Assembly (NCBI GenBank): GCA_964016885.1
Contig: OZ024740.1
Span: forward strand, 73,966,001-74,030,000
Direction: 5' to 3'
Source: Eledone cirrhosa
Lineage: Eukaryota
Length of the DNA stretch: 64,000 nt
Position numbers and translations under genes: made by a program. The notes beneath the pieces are model-generated. The model did not search any database. It saw nothing but the letters and a program-made list of their open reading frames with translations, and had not been told where the DNA came from. Below are positions 49,720-62,545 of this stretch, in pieces (positions within the stretch are counted from its first letter, which is position 1; every line of letters starts with the position of its first letter).

Positions 49720-50010
49720 TTGAGTAAATACAAAAAAAAAAAGATGTTTGAATAAATAAAAGTTCTCTCTAGCCTGTGGCATTTGAGATGTTTGGTGGAG
49801 CTGGGCTGCTGACAGCAAAGTTTTTGCCATTCCTAGCTGCTCACTTTACCAAGGAATTAGTTGATGCCTATGAGGGTGTCTGGTTGTTTCAATGCCTTAG
49901 TCTTATCATCACCTGCAATATTGCTGCGAGCATGCTGGCTTGCCTCAAAAATTTTCATTAACCCTTGTGATGTGCGGCTGATTGTCACACTTGGTGGTGA
50001 ATTGATGATC
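49720..50010 (+). mobile_element. CRE-type RLE relic, second copy
   Basis: PVAFEMFGGAG..KFL..LA..D..EGVWLFQCLSLII..NIAASML, matching 7460-7645. Confidence 0.68.
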
Positions 50011-50956
50011 ATTTTTTTCCCTTCTTTCTTTTGCTTTTATCATATATTTTGGTGCATTATATTTGTAAGGTTCTTAACAGTATTTATTATATGTCTAAGT
50101 TTATGTTTATATTATCATTCTGAAAGAATTGTAATGTTATTTATACAACTGTGAATGGAATATTTAATTTCTCATCTAAACAAAATATTGTAATGATATT
50201 TTAATGTGATTGTCTACTATTAGATCCTTCAAGATGAGTCAATATAGGGAGCTACTATGCAGTTGCTTGACATACTAAAAGTAGCAACCAAATCTCACAT
50301 AAATAATACTCTACTGTCGTAAAAAAGAAATGGACACATTAGATAATGTAATCCTAGACACTCCAATATTCCAAAAAAGACGTATTGGTCATGGCTGGAA
50401 TTGTTTTTATTATAGGTCTGTTCAATATGATAAAGTAAAAGGATGAAAGGCAAGGTCTAAACAATAACAGCAACAATCACAACCTATACCAAGAAGGTGG
50501 ACTAATTACAACCTATACCAAGAATATGGACTAAAAACAAAAAAAAAACATGGAAAATTATTTAGGGAGATGATAATGTACTAATGGCTAACCATTTTCA
50601 GGAATATATTTTCATTTAAAATAATTCCGAACTACCCGGAAATGATTAAGATTACAAGTCTTTCCAAATTACTTTTTTGCTATTTTCATCATTTAAGTAT
50701 TATAGCAATTATATATGACAAAAATAACAGAAGCAAAGAACTAATTTATAAAGGCTTGTAATTTTAGCTATTTCCTGAGAGTTTGAGATTACTTTCAAAT
50801 GTAAATATCAAATTTTGTTTTTACAAACTATTTACAATGCAATATCATTGTCATTTGCATCAATGTTGGAGGTACAATGCAGTTTACATGAATATAAATA
50901 TTAAGGCGACCCTTGCAACGTAATTAATAGACATATTTATAGTCCAAGGGAAGAAC

Positions 50957-50959
<3 letters not shown>

Positions 50960-51010
<51 letters not shown>

Positions 51011-51039
51011 ATACACATATATATATACATATATATAAT

Positions 51040-51098
<59 letters not shown>

Positions 51099-51105
51099 GT
51101 ATATG

Positions 51106-51150
<45 letters not shown>

Positions 51151-51157
51151 GTATATG

Positions 51158-51211
<54 letters not shown>

Positions 51212-51250
51212 ATTTCAAGGAAGCTATTTTGATGTAATTGGCTGTAATGG

Positions 51251-51291
<41 letters not shown>

Positions 51292-51385
51292 AGCGTGGAA
51301 TATGGACGTTAAACGATGATTATGATGATGATATATAATATATATATATATAATATATATATATATGTATATATATATGTATATA

Positions 51386-51466
<81 letters not shown>

Positions 51467-51474
51467 GTATATAC

Positions 51475-51507
<33 letters not shown>

Positions 51508-51548
51508 ATTTCAAGGAAGTTATTTTGATGTAATTGGCTGTAATGGTT
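50960..51548. repeat. (TA)n-rich block with a ~220-bp direct duplication around a 46-bp RTE tail
   Basis: AATTTCAAGGAAGYTATTTTGATGTAATTGGCTGTAATGGTT occurs at 51211 and 51507. RTE terminus at 51287-51332. Confidence 0.85.
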
Positions 51549-52779
51549 CATTAGTTTTTTAAGGAAATAGAAAAAATGGTTAGGAGGATTCTAAAAGGTG
51601 GGTAATGTATCTGTAACAGTTTAATAATATGCAGCAGTGTGTGTAGGTGTCTGTAGGTGGTGGTGGTGGTGGTGGTGGTGGTGGTTGTGGTGCTAGTGGT
51701 GGTGGTCGTCATTTTATTGCTGGTTGTTATAGAAAATGATTAGCTTGATCACGAAACAACATAAACTAATAAGATGGAAATAAGCACCACCATATATAAT
51801 TACAAATTTATATATACATACATACATACATGCACACACATTTCACACATTTATTTTTTAATATGTCTCCCTCTCTCTCTCTATATATATATGTATGTAT
51901 ATACATATATATACTTAGATACATAAATACACACAAATATATGTATGCATATATATATATTATGTGTATGACTATGTGTGAGTAGGTGTACAAAAAAGGC
52001 AGGTGTTAGAAAAATGAAAACTTGCGTTGTTCGCTTCAGACTCATGAGATTTGTTAATATAATGATTATAAAATATGTACATTTCCAATGAAAGACACTG
52101 CCTATGATTTTCTAATAATCTAAAAAATAATCAAGAATTTTGAGGGATTTGATAAAATAACTACCTTTCTCATTATTAAGCTGGTATTTGGAACATAACT
52201 TAACAAAGTTTCTAACAGAAAATTATGATGGAGGACTTTTAGCTAAATATAAATACATTTCATTCCTTTCCTTCATAGGGTATTGAGGGTCCTTCAATTG
52301 AATTGATGATTGACCACTTCCCTAGTGCTGATGCCATGATAAAACGTACCCAGTATATTCTGTAAAAGGCTGGTTTTAGGAAGGGCATCCATCTGTAGAA
52401 ATCATCCCCAAAAGATTGAGAGGTTCCTTCAGTCACGACATGACAACTTTCCTAGTGCTGGTGCCATGAAAACTGCATTCTGTATATCCTCTAAGGTGGG
52501 TGGTGAAAGGAAGGCCACTCAGCTGTAGAAACCATGCCCAAAAGGGATGAGAGGACTTTTCAATTGTATCAAGTGCATGACAAAACCTCTCTAGTGTTGG
52601 TAACAGGATAAAATGTGCCCAGTACACTGTGTAATGTGGTTGGTGATAGGAAAGACATCCATCCATAGGACTCTTGAGTTGTATCAAAGTAAGTACTGAC
52701 TTTGTTTATGATGACATGCCCAACCCTTGCAAGCAGGGAAAATAGATGTTAGATGATGAAGATGATGATGATGATCTTC

Positions 52780-53260
52780 TATACATCCGTTACCAGTGCC
52801 ATGACAAAGTTCCTCCTCCAGCTCACTCTGTCTAGCATTGCCATCTGAATTTCCCCTGCCACCAACCCTGTGTCCTCTTCAAAAACATCCTTCAACATTG
52901 TGGTTGGTCTCCCAATTCAACTGCACACATCAGGTTTCCAGAAAATAACTCTGGTAGCAGGTTCATTGTGACATTTCACATGTCCAGCTAATGCAAGCCT
53001 CCTATGCTTTCTGATGTCAGAAAGGTGAAGGTTTTAGCTGTAGAGCAATTTCTTTGCTATGTGTGTTCTGCAGGATATGTTCTGGACCTTTCTCAGCATC
53101 TGGGTGAATGTGCCATTAATCCTCTTTGTGGGTGTTTTTGTCAGTGTCCATCTGTAGAGGAGAATGAACTCAACTGTTGCTTTGAATAGCCTCATTTTTG
53201 TGGTTTTCTTGATCGAAGACGCCCACAGCTTTGTTGTTTGTATGATGGCGATAAACACAA
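52780..53260 (-). mobile_element. RTE/RTEX-like RT C-terminal relic
   Basis: KMRLFKATVEFILLY..WTLTK..RINGTFTQMLRKVQNIS. Confidence 0.72.
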
Positions 53261-55757
53261 TAAAACAGGCACTTTAATTATAATTTTAATTTTAATATCA
53301 TTTCATATCATTTATATCAGCCTGATATCATTTTTTTAGTCAGTTTGGTATCAAAAGGTTTTAATGAATGACTTTCCTAAGGAATTATTATTTTTGAGGG
53401 CTTCCAGCTTTGTCAATAGGTCAGCAGTGTTATCATCTGAAAATATCAAGTAGAGTATCATCCTCAACCATCCTATATTATGTATGAGCCAATGAGGGAG
53501 CTTAGGTGCAGTAATTTGATTTGCTAGAAATAGCAGTCAAATTATAACCTCCAATCTTAAATAAAGAAGGACATATTAGACAATGTAATCTCTGATATAC
53601 AGAAAGACAGGGTAGTTTATAATTTGCTCAATAATAATTAATTTGAGGCTAAACAATAACAACAACGTATTAAGTATATAATTTTCTGAATTATCAGTGA
53701 AAATCAGATATTTTCAGACAGATTGCACTTCTCCTCAACAGAAAGAACTTCAAATCTAATGGGTGGAAGTGGAGAATTTCTCTGTCCCCAGGCAAAAGAG
53801 GGTGTTAAATTAAATGGAAATTTTGTGTAGTGAGGATTTCCTCATTATCTTCTGATTTTCCTTATTAAAAAGGAAAGAAAAAGATCTGAACATCCTATTG
53901 GATCAAGGAAACTATGTTTCGATTGGTGATATTTACCAGTTGCAACTCCCAGGTAGAATGAGGCAACATATGAACTCAGAATACACAGTCTGACCAGATA
54001 TCCTGAACAACTCTTTAACAAATTCATCAATCCACCAACCCTGAACTGGTATTTTCTTTTTGACCTAGAAAGGATGAAAAGCAAAGTTGACCTAGATGGG
54101 ATTTGAACTTACAGTTGAGATAGCCAGATGAAAAACTGAGGTATTTAATCTGACATTTTAAGAACTCTGTTAATTCATCTTTTACTGACAATAAAGCACT
54201 TTTGACCTTCCCAAGTACATACTTGGGTACTGAATTAAATAAGAGCTGCTTCTTTTCATTTCACTGTGATTAATAAAGAAAATGCAGTGATTTGGTACAT
54301 TGGATAGAATCCCTTGCAGTACACATTCTAACTCACTATTTTCTGAGTTCAAATCCCACCAAGGTCAACTTTGTCTTTCATTCATTCAGGATCAGTAAAG
54401 TTCCAGTCCAAAGTGGTGGATAAGCAGACTTATTAGATAGTCAGATGGTATTTTGCATTCTGAGTTTAAATTCTGCCCTGTCCAACAACATTTAGTCAGC
54501 ATAGGTAGGCCTATAACCAACACTTGTGCTGAGGCTTCACCCAACAGTGGTTTGAAAATGGCTGAGTAGAAATAAAGAAATTTAGTTTCGTAAATTGCTT
54601 TAACGATTAACACTGTAAAAGTATAAGGGTGCTACTAGGTAGCAATTGAAAATAGGTGAAGAATTGAGGAAACCTGAGATCACAAGGCCTGGAATGTGAC
54701 CTGGGATTCTGAAAATCTGTTATCCATAAATATTAAGAGATATCCAATCTTATCTTTGTATATATAGTTGTATAGCAATGTTTCAAAAACATTTACAAAT
54801 ATCTAAATGAATCCCTGAGAAATTAATTCATTATGTACTGTTAGATCAACCAAACTTCTTTTCAAATTAACAAGTCAAAGAAATACTGTCTAATCACTTG
54901 ACTATTATTTATCCTCTTCTCTAAATCAGGTTAACATAGATCAAAGCAAGTTATAGATTTTCTGTTTGACCATTGTCTGAGATGGAAGGAATCAAAGCCA
55001 TCTTCAAGGGCTGTTAACTTATTAATGAGTCACTATTTATCTTAGTAGTTGAACATGTTTTCTTTGGAGATTAGAGACAAAATATGAAAGTGAAGAATTT
55101 TTTATGTTAGCTCTACTGATGTTGAAAAGCTTTAGGTTAATTAGAAGAGTTTATCTTATTCAGTTTTCTCCTTCAATTATTGAAGTTATCATTTTAAAGA
55201 GCGCAAGGTCCTATGATATGAAAACGAAATAACAGTTGTATTTTTGACAGTTTAATTGAAAATAACTTCTTTCAAGTTAATATATTTCTGATTCAGTCAA
55301 TATTGTAGTTGTTCATGTTCTAAAATTGTTATGAATCAAGACATTTTGGAATAAGATTGAATTGACAAAACAGAGCATATAGAAATAAAAAAAAATAGTA
55401 TTTTATTTTAACTAATATGATGGAGGTTAAATCAATTTTGGTTTGATTTAGATTAAAGTAATATATTAGCAACTAATCACAGAATACCTTATACAAATTT
55501 TAATATATTTCTTAATTAAGTAGAAGAAAGAATTGAGGAGGAAGGGCTGAGTTTCTTGAATCAATTTTATTATATGGTAGCGCTAATTTTTTATTATGTG
55601 CCAGTAATAAATTTAAATAGGTATGTATGCATGGACCTATAACTCTTGATAAAGTAATAGGGGTGCTGTAGTGACATACAGAGTGTCTTGGGCATTTCTA
55701 AACCTGGCAGAGCCCATCTCCTCTCCAGGTATGAAGAAAATCAATTTCTCCCAGAAA

Positions 55758-55788
55758 AGAGAGAGAGAGAGTGAGCGATAGAGAGACA

Positions 55789-55860
<72 letters not shown>
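55758..55860. repeat. (GA)n microsatellite
   Basis: Directly visible. Confidence 0.97.
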
Positions 55861-55862
<2 letters not shown>

Positions 55863-58066
55863 TTGAGAAAGAGATATAGAGGAAGAATCAATGCAAATTT
55901 AAGTATATTTTAATGTATGCTGTGGTAAATTTTACTATATGTCAGAACAATTTTGATTAATGCTAATACTTAATGGAAGTATATATGAAGGATATACAAT
56001 ATGTTTATATATAGCAAACATATAAGTTTCACTATGACTGTTTTAAGCTGCAGTCATGTCACAGCTATCTCAGTACCTATGTGAGAATGCCAAATACTAA
56101 TGTTTCAGGAGTTTTTTTATCCATCATCAGTGACATTTACTCACTTGAAATTATGATTAGAATAAGCTGTAGGTTATATACTTCTTGTTTAAAACATCTG
56201 CTGGAGAAGTTCATATAGTGTGTACTTGATTTGGCTGGAATTAATTAGAAATAGCACTAAAATAGCATGAGCCATAATAGACCTCTATTATGAATCACAC
56301 TATGTTAGTGCTACATGTATTAATGGTTAAAGCAAAAATAGTCTCTACTTGATATTATATCATCATCATCATCATTGTTGTCTAGCAAGGGTTGGACGGA
56401 TCCATATAGACCAAGTTTGTACTGAAGCAGAGCCACTGATCTCCCAGGCAAGCCAGGGACCTGTGCACTTATGTACAGTTTCATATTCCATTGAGTGCTC
56501 AGGAGAGGTTGTCATGCATTTGACACAACTGAAGGTCCTCCCAACCCTTTATTTAGCAAGATTTCTATGGCTAGATACCCCTCTTATCACCAACCACTTT
56601 ACAGTGTGTACTGGGTGCATTTATTGTGTAAATCACCAACACTAGAGAGGTTGTCGTGCCTTTATCATGACTGAAAGGTCCTCCCAACCCTTTGTCTTGT
56701 AAGTTTTCTATGGTTGTATGCCCTTCCTATCACCAACCATTTTTCAGCGTATACTGGGTCCTGTCACTAGGGCAGCTGTCATGTCCATGACATGACTGAA
56801 GGGTCCTTCCAACCTTTGTTTGTTTGTTTAAGGTGTTTTAATAACTCATACATTTTTACTGTCTTGTTGATTGCTAATATAGTCAATAGATTAACTGAAT
56901 ACCTAGGGTTTTATTTTTTCCCAGCAAACTACTATATATGCTTGAATATAAGAAATAATTGACAAGAAAATTGATGGTAAAATAGGGTCAGCTTATATTT
57001 GAGGTCAATATTATATCGATTTTCATTAACTTCAAAATCTATGTAAATGAGGTGCTAAAATATTTTCACTATGGAGGTGAATACTATACTGGTTTTATTT
57101 TAGAGGTGAAATTTGTTTTGTTGTTTTGAATGAATATGGCCTTCAAAACAGTCAGAAACTAGTAACAAATTATTACATAATGGAGCTGAAAAACAAAAAC
57201 TATACTCAAAACAACACATTGTAAATATCAAAATATTAAAATTTCATAAATATATTCTCCACTCATTAGAATTTAAAAGTTGCACCATCTAACATAATAT
57301 GTTGATTAGCTGCCTCAGTTAATACATGGGGTTTGGATTTTTGCCCATTTCTCAGACATATATATTAGGAGGTTGGCTTCTATTCAAGTATATATGGTAA
57401 CTTTAACTAAACCCAGTCTTAATCTTAGAAGCAAAGATAAATAAATCCCTCAAGTCTATTATAGAAACCAACACAAGGAAAAAGAAAACAAAAAAGACAT
57501 GCAACATCCACATTGATGAATTGGAACATGATACTCCCATCAGTTGTAAACTTCTATGAGCTGCAATGAAAGAGAGAGATCAGCTCATTATCAATGAATC
57601 CCGATAAAGATTAATCTGAGTATGACAATGAATGAGTGTTTATGCCTGATTTAAAATATAATCTTAGGCGGCTATTGCTGATGTTATCTATACACATTAA
57701 TACCTTTGTGAAGAATGTGCCTTTGAGTGGAAAATTGCTACAGAAATTCCATTCTGGCCATTGAGCTGGTTTATTTTTTAGTGCATCTGTTGCATTGGGG
57801 TGTAATGTTTTCTATACAATTATAACTATTACAGAAATATATATACTATGTTAAGGTATCAATACATATTCAATATGTATGATGTTTCTCAATAAATAAG
57901 GTCAATGGACCGTGGTTCAGAGCATCAATTTTTATTCAAATTTAATGGAGAGAAAAAATCATATATCATTTGAGAAACGCATAGTATTTTGTACACATAT
58001 ATGTAGAGCAAATAATATTCAGGAAAATATACAAACTTTGAGATGGTAAAAAAGTCATTTATATAT

Positions 58067-58235
58067 CATCATCATCATCATTTCATTTTACGTCTGCTTT
58101 TTCCCTGTTTGCAAGGGTGGGACGGGAACTGATTCTGGCTTGATTTCTACAGCTGGATGTCCTTCCTAACATCAACCTCATTTACAGTGAGTGCTGGGTG
58201 CTGTTTTGCTGTGGCACCTCCACAACCACTTTACA
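58067..58235 (-). mobile_element. 3' half of SINE family A, abutting a PLE head-to-head
   Basis: Matches 11775-11943. Confidence 0.88.
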
Positions 58236-60095
58236 TTTACGCCCTACCCCTTAACCCAGCACTACCACTCTTTTCCGTCTGGCTAAGCTTGTTCTCACCC
58301 TTAATGGATTTTCTTTTTCGGGTGAATTTTACCAGCAGGTCTCTGGGGGTAGCGATGGGAACCAGAATGGTTCCAAACTATGCCAACTTGTTTGTTGGCT
58401 ACGTCAAAGCCCAGATCTTCTCCCAGCACGCTGGACCGACTCCTGAGCTATACGGTCATTATATCGACGACTGTATCAGCGCCACCTCTCTATCACGAGA
58501 ACAGCTCGACTGTTTTCTTTCTTTTGTCCAATCTTTCCATCCTGCTCTCAATTTTACTGCCTCTGTCTCCGATTCTTCTGTCGCTTTTCTAGATATCTCT
58601 CTATCTATTAATCACTCTCACCACACCCTCTCTACTTCCATCTACATTAAACCAACAGACTCCCAATCTTATCTTGACTTCACCTCCTCCCATCCAACCC
58701 ACACCAAACACTCCTTAGCCTATTCCTAATTCCTCCGTCTTCGTCGACTCTGTAGCCAGGACAATGATTTCGAAACCCATCCCATTCGCATGGCTTCCTG
58801 CTTCATCTAGCATGGATATCCCCCCCACCTTGATCCAAGCTGCTCTCACCCACGCCCATGAAACAGACTGCACCACAGCCCTCTCAACTCACCTCCACCC
58901 TCCCAACACCCGTGTTCCTTTCCCTCTCACCTACCATCCCATCACTCTACCACTGCGGCGACATATCCTCCATTCCTTCCGTATCCTCTCTTCTGACCCC
59001 GTCACTTCTCGCTTTTTTCCAAACCCACCCATTACTGTTTTTAAGTGCACTCGAAACCTCCGCGACCTCCTGGTTAGCAGTTCTTTTTCATCCTCTTCCA
59101 CGACTCCACCCAGCTTTCATCATTGTTCCCGTTCCCGCTGCAACACTTGTCCCTTTATTTCCACCCTCTCCACTCTTACAGGCCCTAATGGGTCTTTCCG
59201 TATCCGCAATTCCTTCACCTGCACATCCACCACGTTGTCTATGTCCTCCGGTGTTCCCTTTGCGGGTTTTTATATATCGGACAAACAGGACGCCGTATGG
59301 CGGATCGTTTTGCGGAACATTTGAGGGACATACGACTCGGTTTGGATACTCCTGTCGTCCGCCATTTCTGTTCTTCTGGTCATTCTTCCCTACATGTTTC
59401 AGTCCTGGGTATCCTTTTACATCATGGATCACAGGCCTCACACACCAGGACAGAACAAAGTCTGATTCACCGTCTTGGGTCCTATTCCCCTCTTGGACTC
59501 AACTCACCTTCCCAATTTCTCTAATGCCCCGTCCATTATCACACCCCTAGATTCTATCGCTTTCTCTTGATCATTAGCAGCTTCTCTTACTACTAATACA
59601 TGCCGATACACACCCTTATATCAACATACTTTTGATCATAGCTTCGTACTTACATGCACACACACTCTTTTACTCACATATACACACACATTTCTTCTTA
59701 GCTTCGTACAGAACTATAATAGCACACACACACACATAAACTCATGCTTATGCATGTGCTCAAGTGTAGCTCTTTTTACAAAATGTTTTTTTTTCCATTT
59801 CAGGTAGACGCGCGCCATCATCCACTTTTCTAAAATACAAATCATACACAAAACGCCAGCACCAACAGTTTTGCAAGAGATGTCAACATGAATGGACCTG
59901 TTATTTTTATCTAAAGACATTTTTTCCAATTCCATCCTGCCCGTCCCCTCAATCTATTTTATTTCTCATTCTTTCTTCTGATGAAGGACTAGCGTCCGAA
60001 ACGTTAAGACCCTCTTCCTGCTATATTAAGCGTTAACCTAATATATACCTTCCACATACTGTACCGATTGTGTTGTTATTTCTGTTTACCTTTTA
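58236..60095 (+). mobile_element. 5'-truncated, frameshifted Neptune-like PLE
   Basis: GVAMGTRMVPNYANLFVG, HYIDDC, AFLDI, KPTDSQSYL..SSHP, CSRSRCNTC and ADRFAEHLRDIR. Ends at (TA)n. Confidence 0.92.
59974..60009 (+). ncRNA. Minimal type I hammerhead ribozyme
   Basis: UCUU-CUGAUGA-A-GGAC UAGC GUCC-GAAA-C-GUU^AAGA, with a loop-less palindromic stem III. Confidence 0.85.
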
Positions 60096-60097
60096 CA

Positions 60098-60141
<44 letters not shown>

Positions 60142-60162
60142 TACTCATATATATATATGTAT

Positions 60163-62496
60163 GTAAATATCTTTAAGTCGTTTGGAAGCCTCGACAATGC
60201 AAATGGGTAAATCTCCGGGTAACAAGGTCCGGTGGTGGAGAGAGAGATGCAAGTGGGTGTACGTTGAGATGCGTGGTGTGTATAAGATGTGTGAGATGTG
60301 TAGAATGAAGGGAAGACTATAAAGGATAAAAATAAAAATAACAACACAAGAGAGAGTTACTTTGGGAGAGATTTAATAGTCCCTATATATTTCGGATTCA
60401 CATCCATCAACTGGGATTTTTTTCCGGGGTGGGGGAAAAGGTTGTCTGTCGGACAACTCGGAACGCGTCTTTCGCTGTTTGTTGATTTGAATATCTGAGG
60501 TATTCGGCCGAGCGCGCGTGCGCGTGAAATGGGGTCGGTCGTACAGAGGTCAGCGGCCGAATGAGGGAGTGGGATGGCGCTAGCTGTCAGTCCATTCTCT
60601 GCCTGTTTGTTAAATGTTACTGTGTGTGTGTGTGCGTGTGTTGTTGTCTCGCTTGAGTGTGTGTGTGTGTGTGTTGTTGCCTTGTTCATCTGTATTGGCA
60701 GTGTAGTATGTTCGTATGGTGCAATGCTACTGTGTGTGTGTGCGTGTGTGTGTGTAGTTGTCTCGTTTGCGTGTGTGCGTGCGTGCGTGTGTTGTGTGTT
60801 GTTGCATCGCTTGTTAACTTAAACCAGCCATTTCATTTCGCTTCTCTCTGATCGGTTGTTTATTTGCGGTTGCAGTCGTTTGATAAAAAGCGCTTCCTTG
60901 ATACGTAACGTGCCGACGTTTCTTTCAGTCGCTGGAATTGTGACAATGGGCCTTCCGTCTTTGTTTCCGCATTTGTCTATGTGTTTCCGGAAAGACGAGG
61001 CCCTGGTTTTAGTGTGTTCCTTGATCCGGATGTGCAAAGGTCGAATTGTGCTACCTATGTAGTATTGGTTGCACCTGTCACATTCTATCTTATACATGAC
61101 GTATGTGCGTAGGCAACAGTTAGCATGGCGTATCGGGCAGTCTCTGAGGGAGCATGCGTCAGTAGATTTTTCGGGTTTCCTGGAGAGGCATCTTCGCAGG
61201 GAGGGGCCCGAGTGGGCCAGGTGGATGTCGAGGCCCTCCCTCCGTATAGCCCTGCGGATAGCGTTGGTGGTTTTCTCGCCCAGGTGTGGCATTTTAAGGA
61301 AGCACTTGCCTTGGGTGCTTCTCTGTCTCTTGCGTCTGGTGTCTCCTATTCTGTCTGTGATCGAGGTAGGGTACCCGTTCGTCTCCAGCACCTCGAGGAA
61401 TCGCTTGGTATGAGTGACACCACTCGCGGGATCGCTGCATCTGTTTTTGATTCGCGCGATCTCGTTCGTGATGTATCCTCTTTTGGCACTGTTAGGGAGG
61501 GCGGACTTGTAGTGAACGAATAGGTCCCTGCAGGCTGCCTTTCTGTAGAAGTTGCAGTGGATCCCTCCTTGTTCCGTGATGTTGATTCGGAAGTCGAGGA
61601 GGGCAAGTGACCCGTCTTCGTTGGGGTGTTCAACACTGAAGTCAATGTTCTCGTCCGTGTTGTTGAACGTCTCATAGATTCTGTTCGCCGTGTCTTGGGA
61701 AGATGTGAGGATGAGGATATCGTCCACGTATCTTGAGAAAAAGGCTACGGCGTTGGGGTGGCAGGCGTTGAGTGCCTTGCGTTCGAGGTTGTCCATGTAG
61801 GAGATCGCTAGCACACCTGATAGACTTGATCCCATGGGCAATCCCGAGGTTTGTTGGTATATTTGGTCAAGGAATCCGAAGTAGGTGTTGTCGACGACGA
61901 TGCATAGGAGTTGGTGGATGTCAGTGGTGGTGAGCCCGAAGCAGTGTAGGTCGGTGGATTGGACGCGTTCCATCAGTATATTGACGGCCGGGAGTGCCGG
62001 GACCGAGGTGTAGAGAGCGACTACATCAAGGCTGAAGGCATATCTGTTATTCCTTCTGGTGTCGGGATCCATTTGATGCAGGCGCTTCAACACCTCCTCG
62101 GAGCTGTTAACGTGTCCCGGCAAGGTGTCTAAGATGGGTTTGAGTATTCTGGCTAGAAGCCAAGAAATTTTGTAGAGTGGTCCCTCCACGCTCGATACGA
62201 TGGGCCTGATTTTCAGGTCGGGTCCCTGTTTGTGTGTTTTCACGAGGTGGTAGAAGGCGGGTAGTCTGCTGTTCCTCGTGAGGAGGTTGTATCTCAGCTT
62301 CTTCGGGAGCTTTCTACACATCTCACACATCTTATACACACCACGCATCTCAACGTACACCCACTTACATCTCTCTCTCCACCACCGGACCTTGTTACCC
62401 GGAGATTTACCCATTTGCTTTGTCGAGGCTTCCAAACGACTTAAAGATATTTACTTATTGTTCCACAATGCTTCAAGCAAACTTCAATACTCTCAT
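60163..62496 (-). mobile_element. Young PLE with 143-bp inverted terminal arms (60163-60305 and 62312-62454)
   Basis: The arms differ at ~2 positions, there is (TA)n on both sides, and the ORF is uninterrupted. Confidence 0.95.
60819..62435 (-). CDS. PLE RT + GIY-YIG endonuclease (N-terminal ~41 aa read from the inverted arm)
   Basis: KTHK..RPIVS, SLDVVALYTSV, GLPMGS, RYVDD, LLDF and VMYKIECDRCNQYYIGST..RIKEH. Confidence 0.93.
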   Translation of the reverse strand: MEASTKQMGKSPGNKVRWWRERCKWVYVEMRGVYKMCEMCRKLPKKLRYNLLTRNSRLPAFYHLVKTHKQGPDLKIRPIVSSVEGPLYKISWLLARILKPILDTLPGHVNSSEEVLKRLHQMDPDTRRNNRYAFSLDVVALYTSVPALPAVNILMERVQSTDLHCFGLTTTDIHQLLCIVVDNTYFGFLDQIYQQTSGLPMGSSLSGVLAISYMDNLERKALNACHPNAVAFFSRYVDDILILTSSQDTANRIYETFNNTDENIDFSVEHPNEDGSLALLDFRINITEQGGIHCNFYRKAACRDLFVHYKSALPNSAKRGYITNEIARIKNRCSDPASGVTHTKRFLEVLETNGYPTSITDRIGDTRRKRQRSTQGKCFLKMPHLGEKTTNAIRRAIRREGLDIHLAHSGPSLRRCLSRKPEKSTDACSLRDCPIRHANCCLRTYVMYKIECDRCNQYYIGSTIRPLHIRIKEHTKTRASSFRKHIDKCGNKDGRPIVTIPATERNVGTLRIKEALFIKRLQPQINNRSERSEMKWLV

Positions 62497-62497
62497 A

Positions 62498-62542
<45 letters not shown>

Positions 62543-62545
<3 letters not shown>

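Noticed and set aside
53400-58000. Long AT-rich stretch searched for exons and structure
   Set aside because: Only decayed SINE pieces and microsatellites were recognisable.
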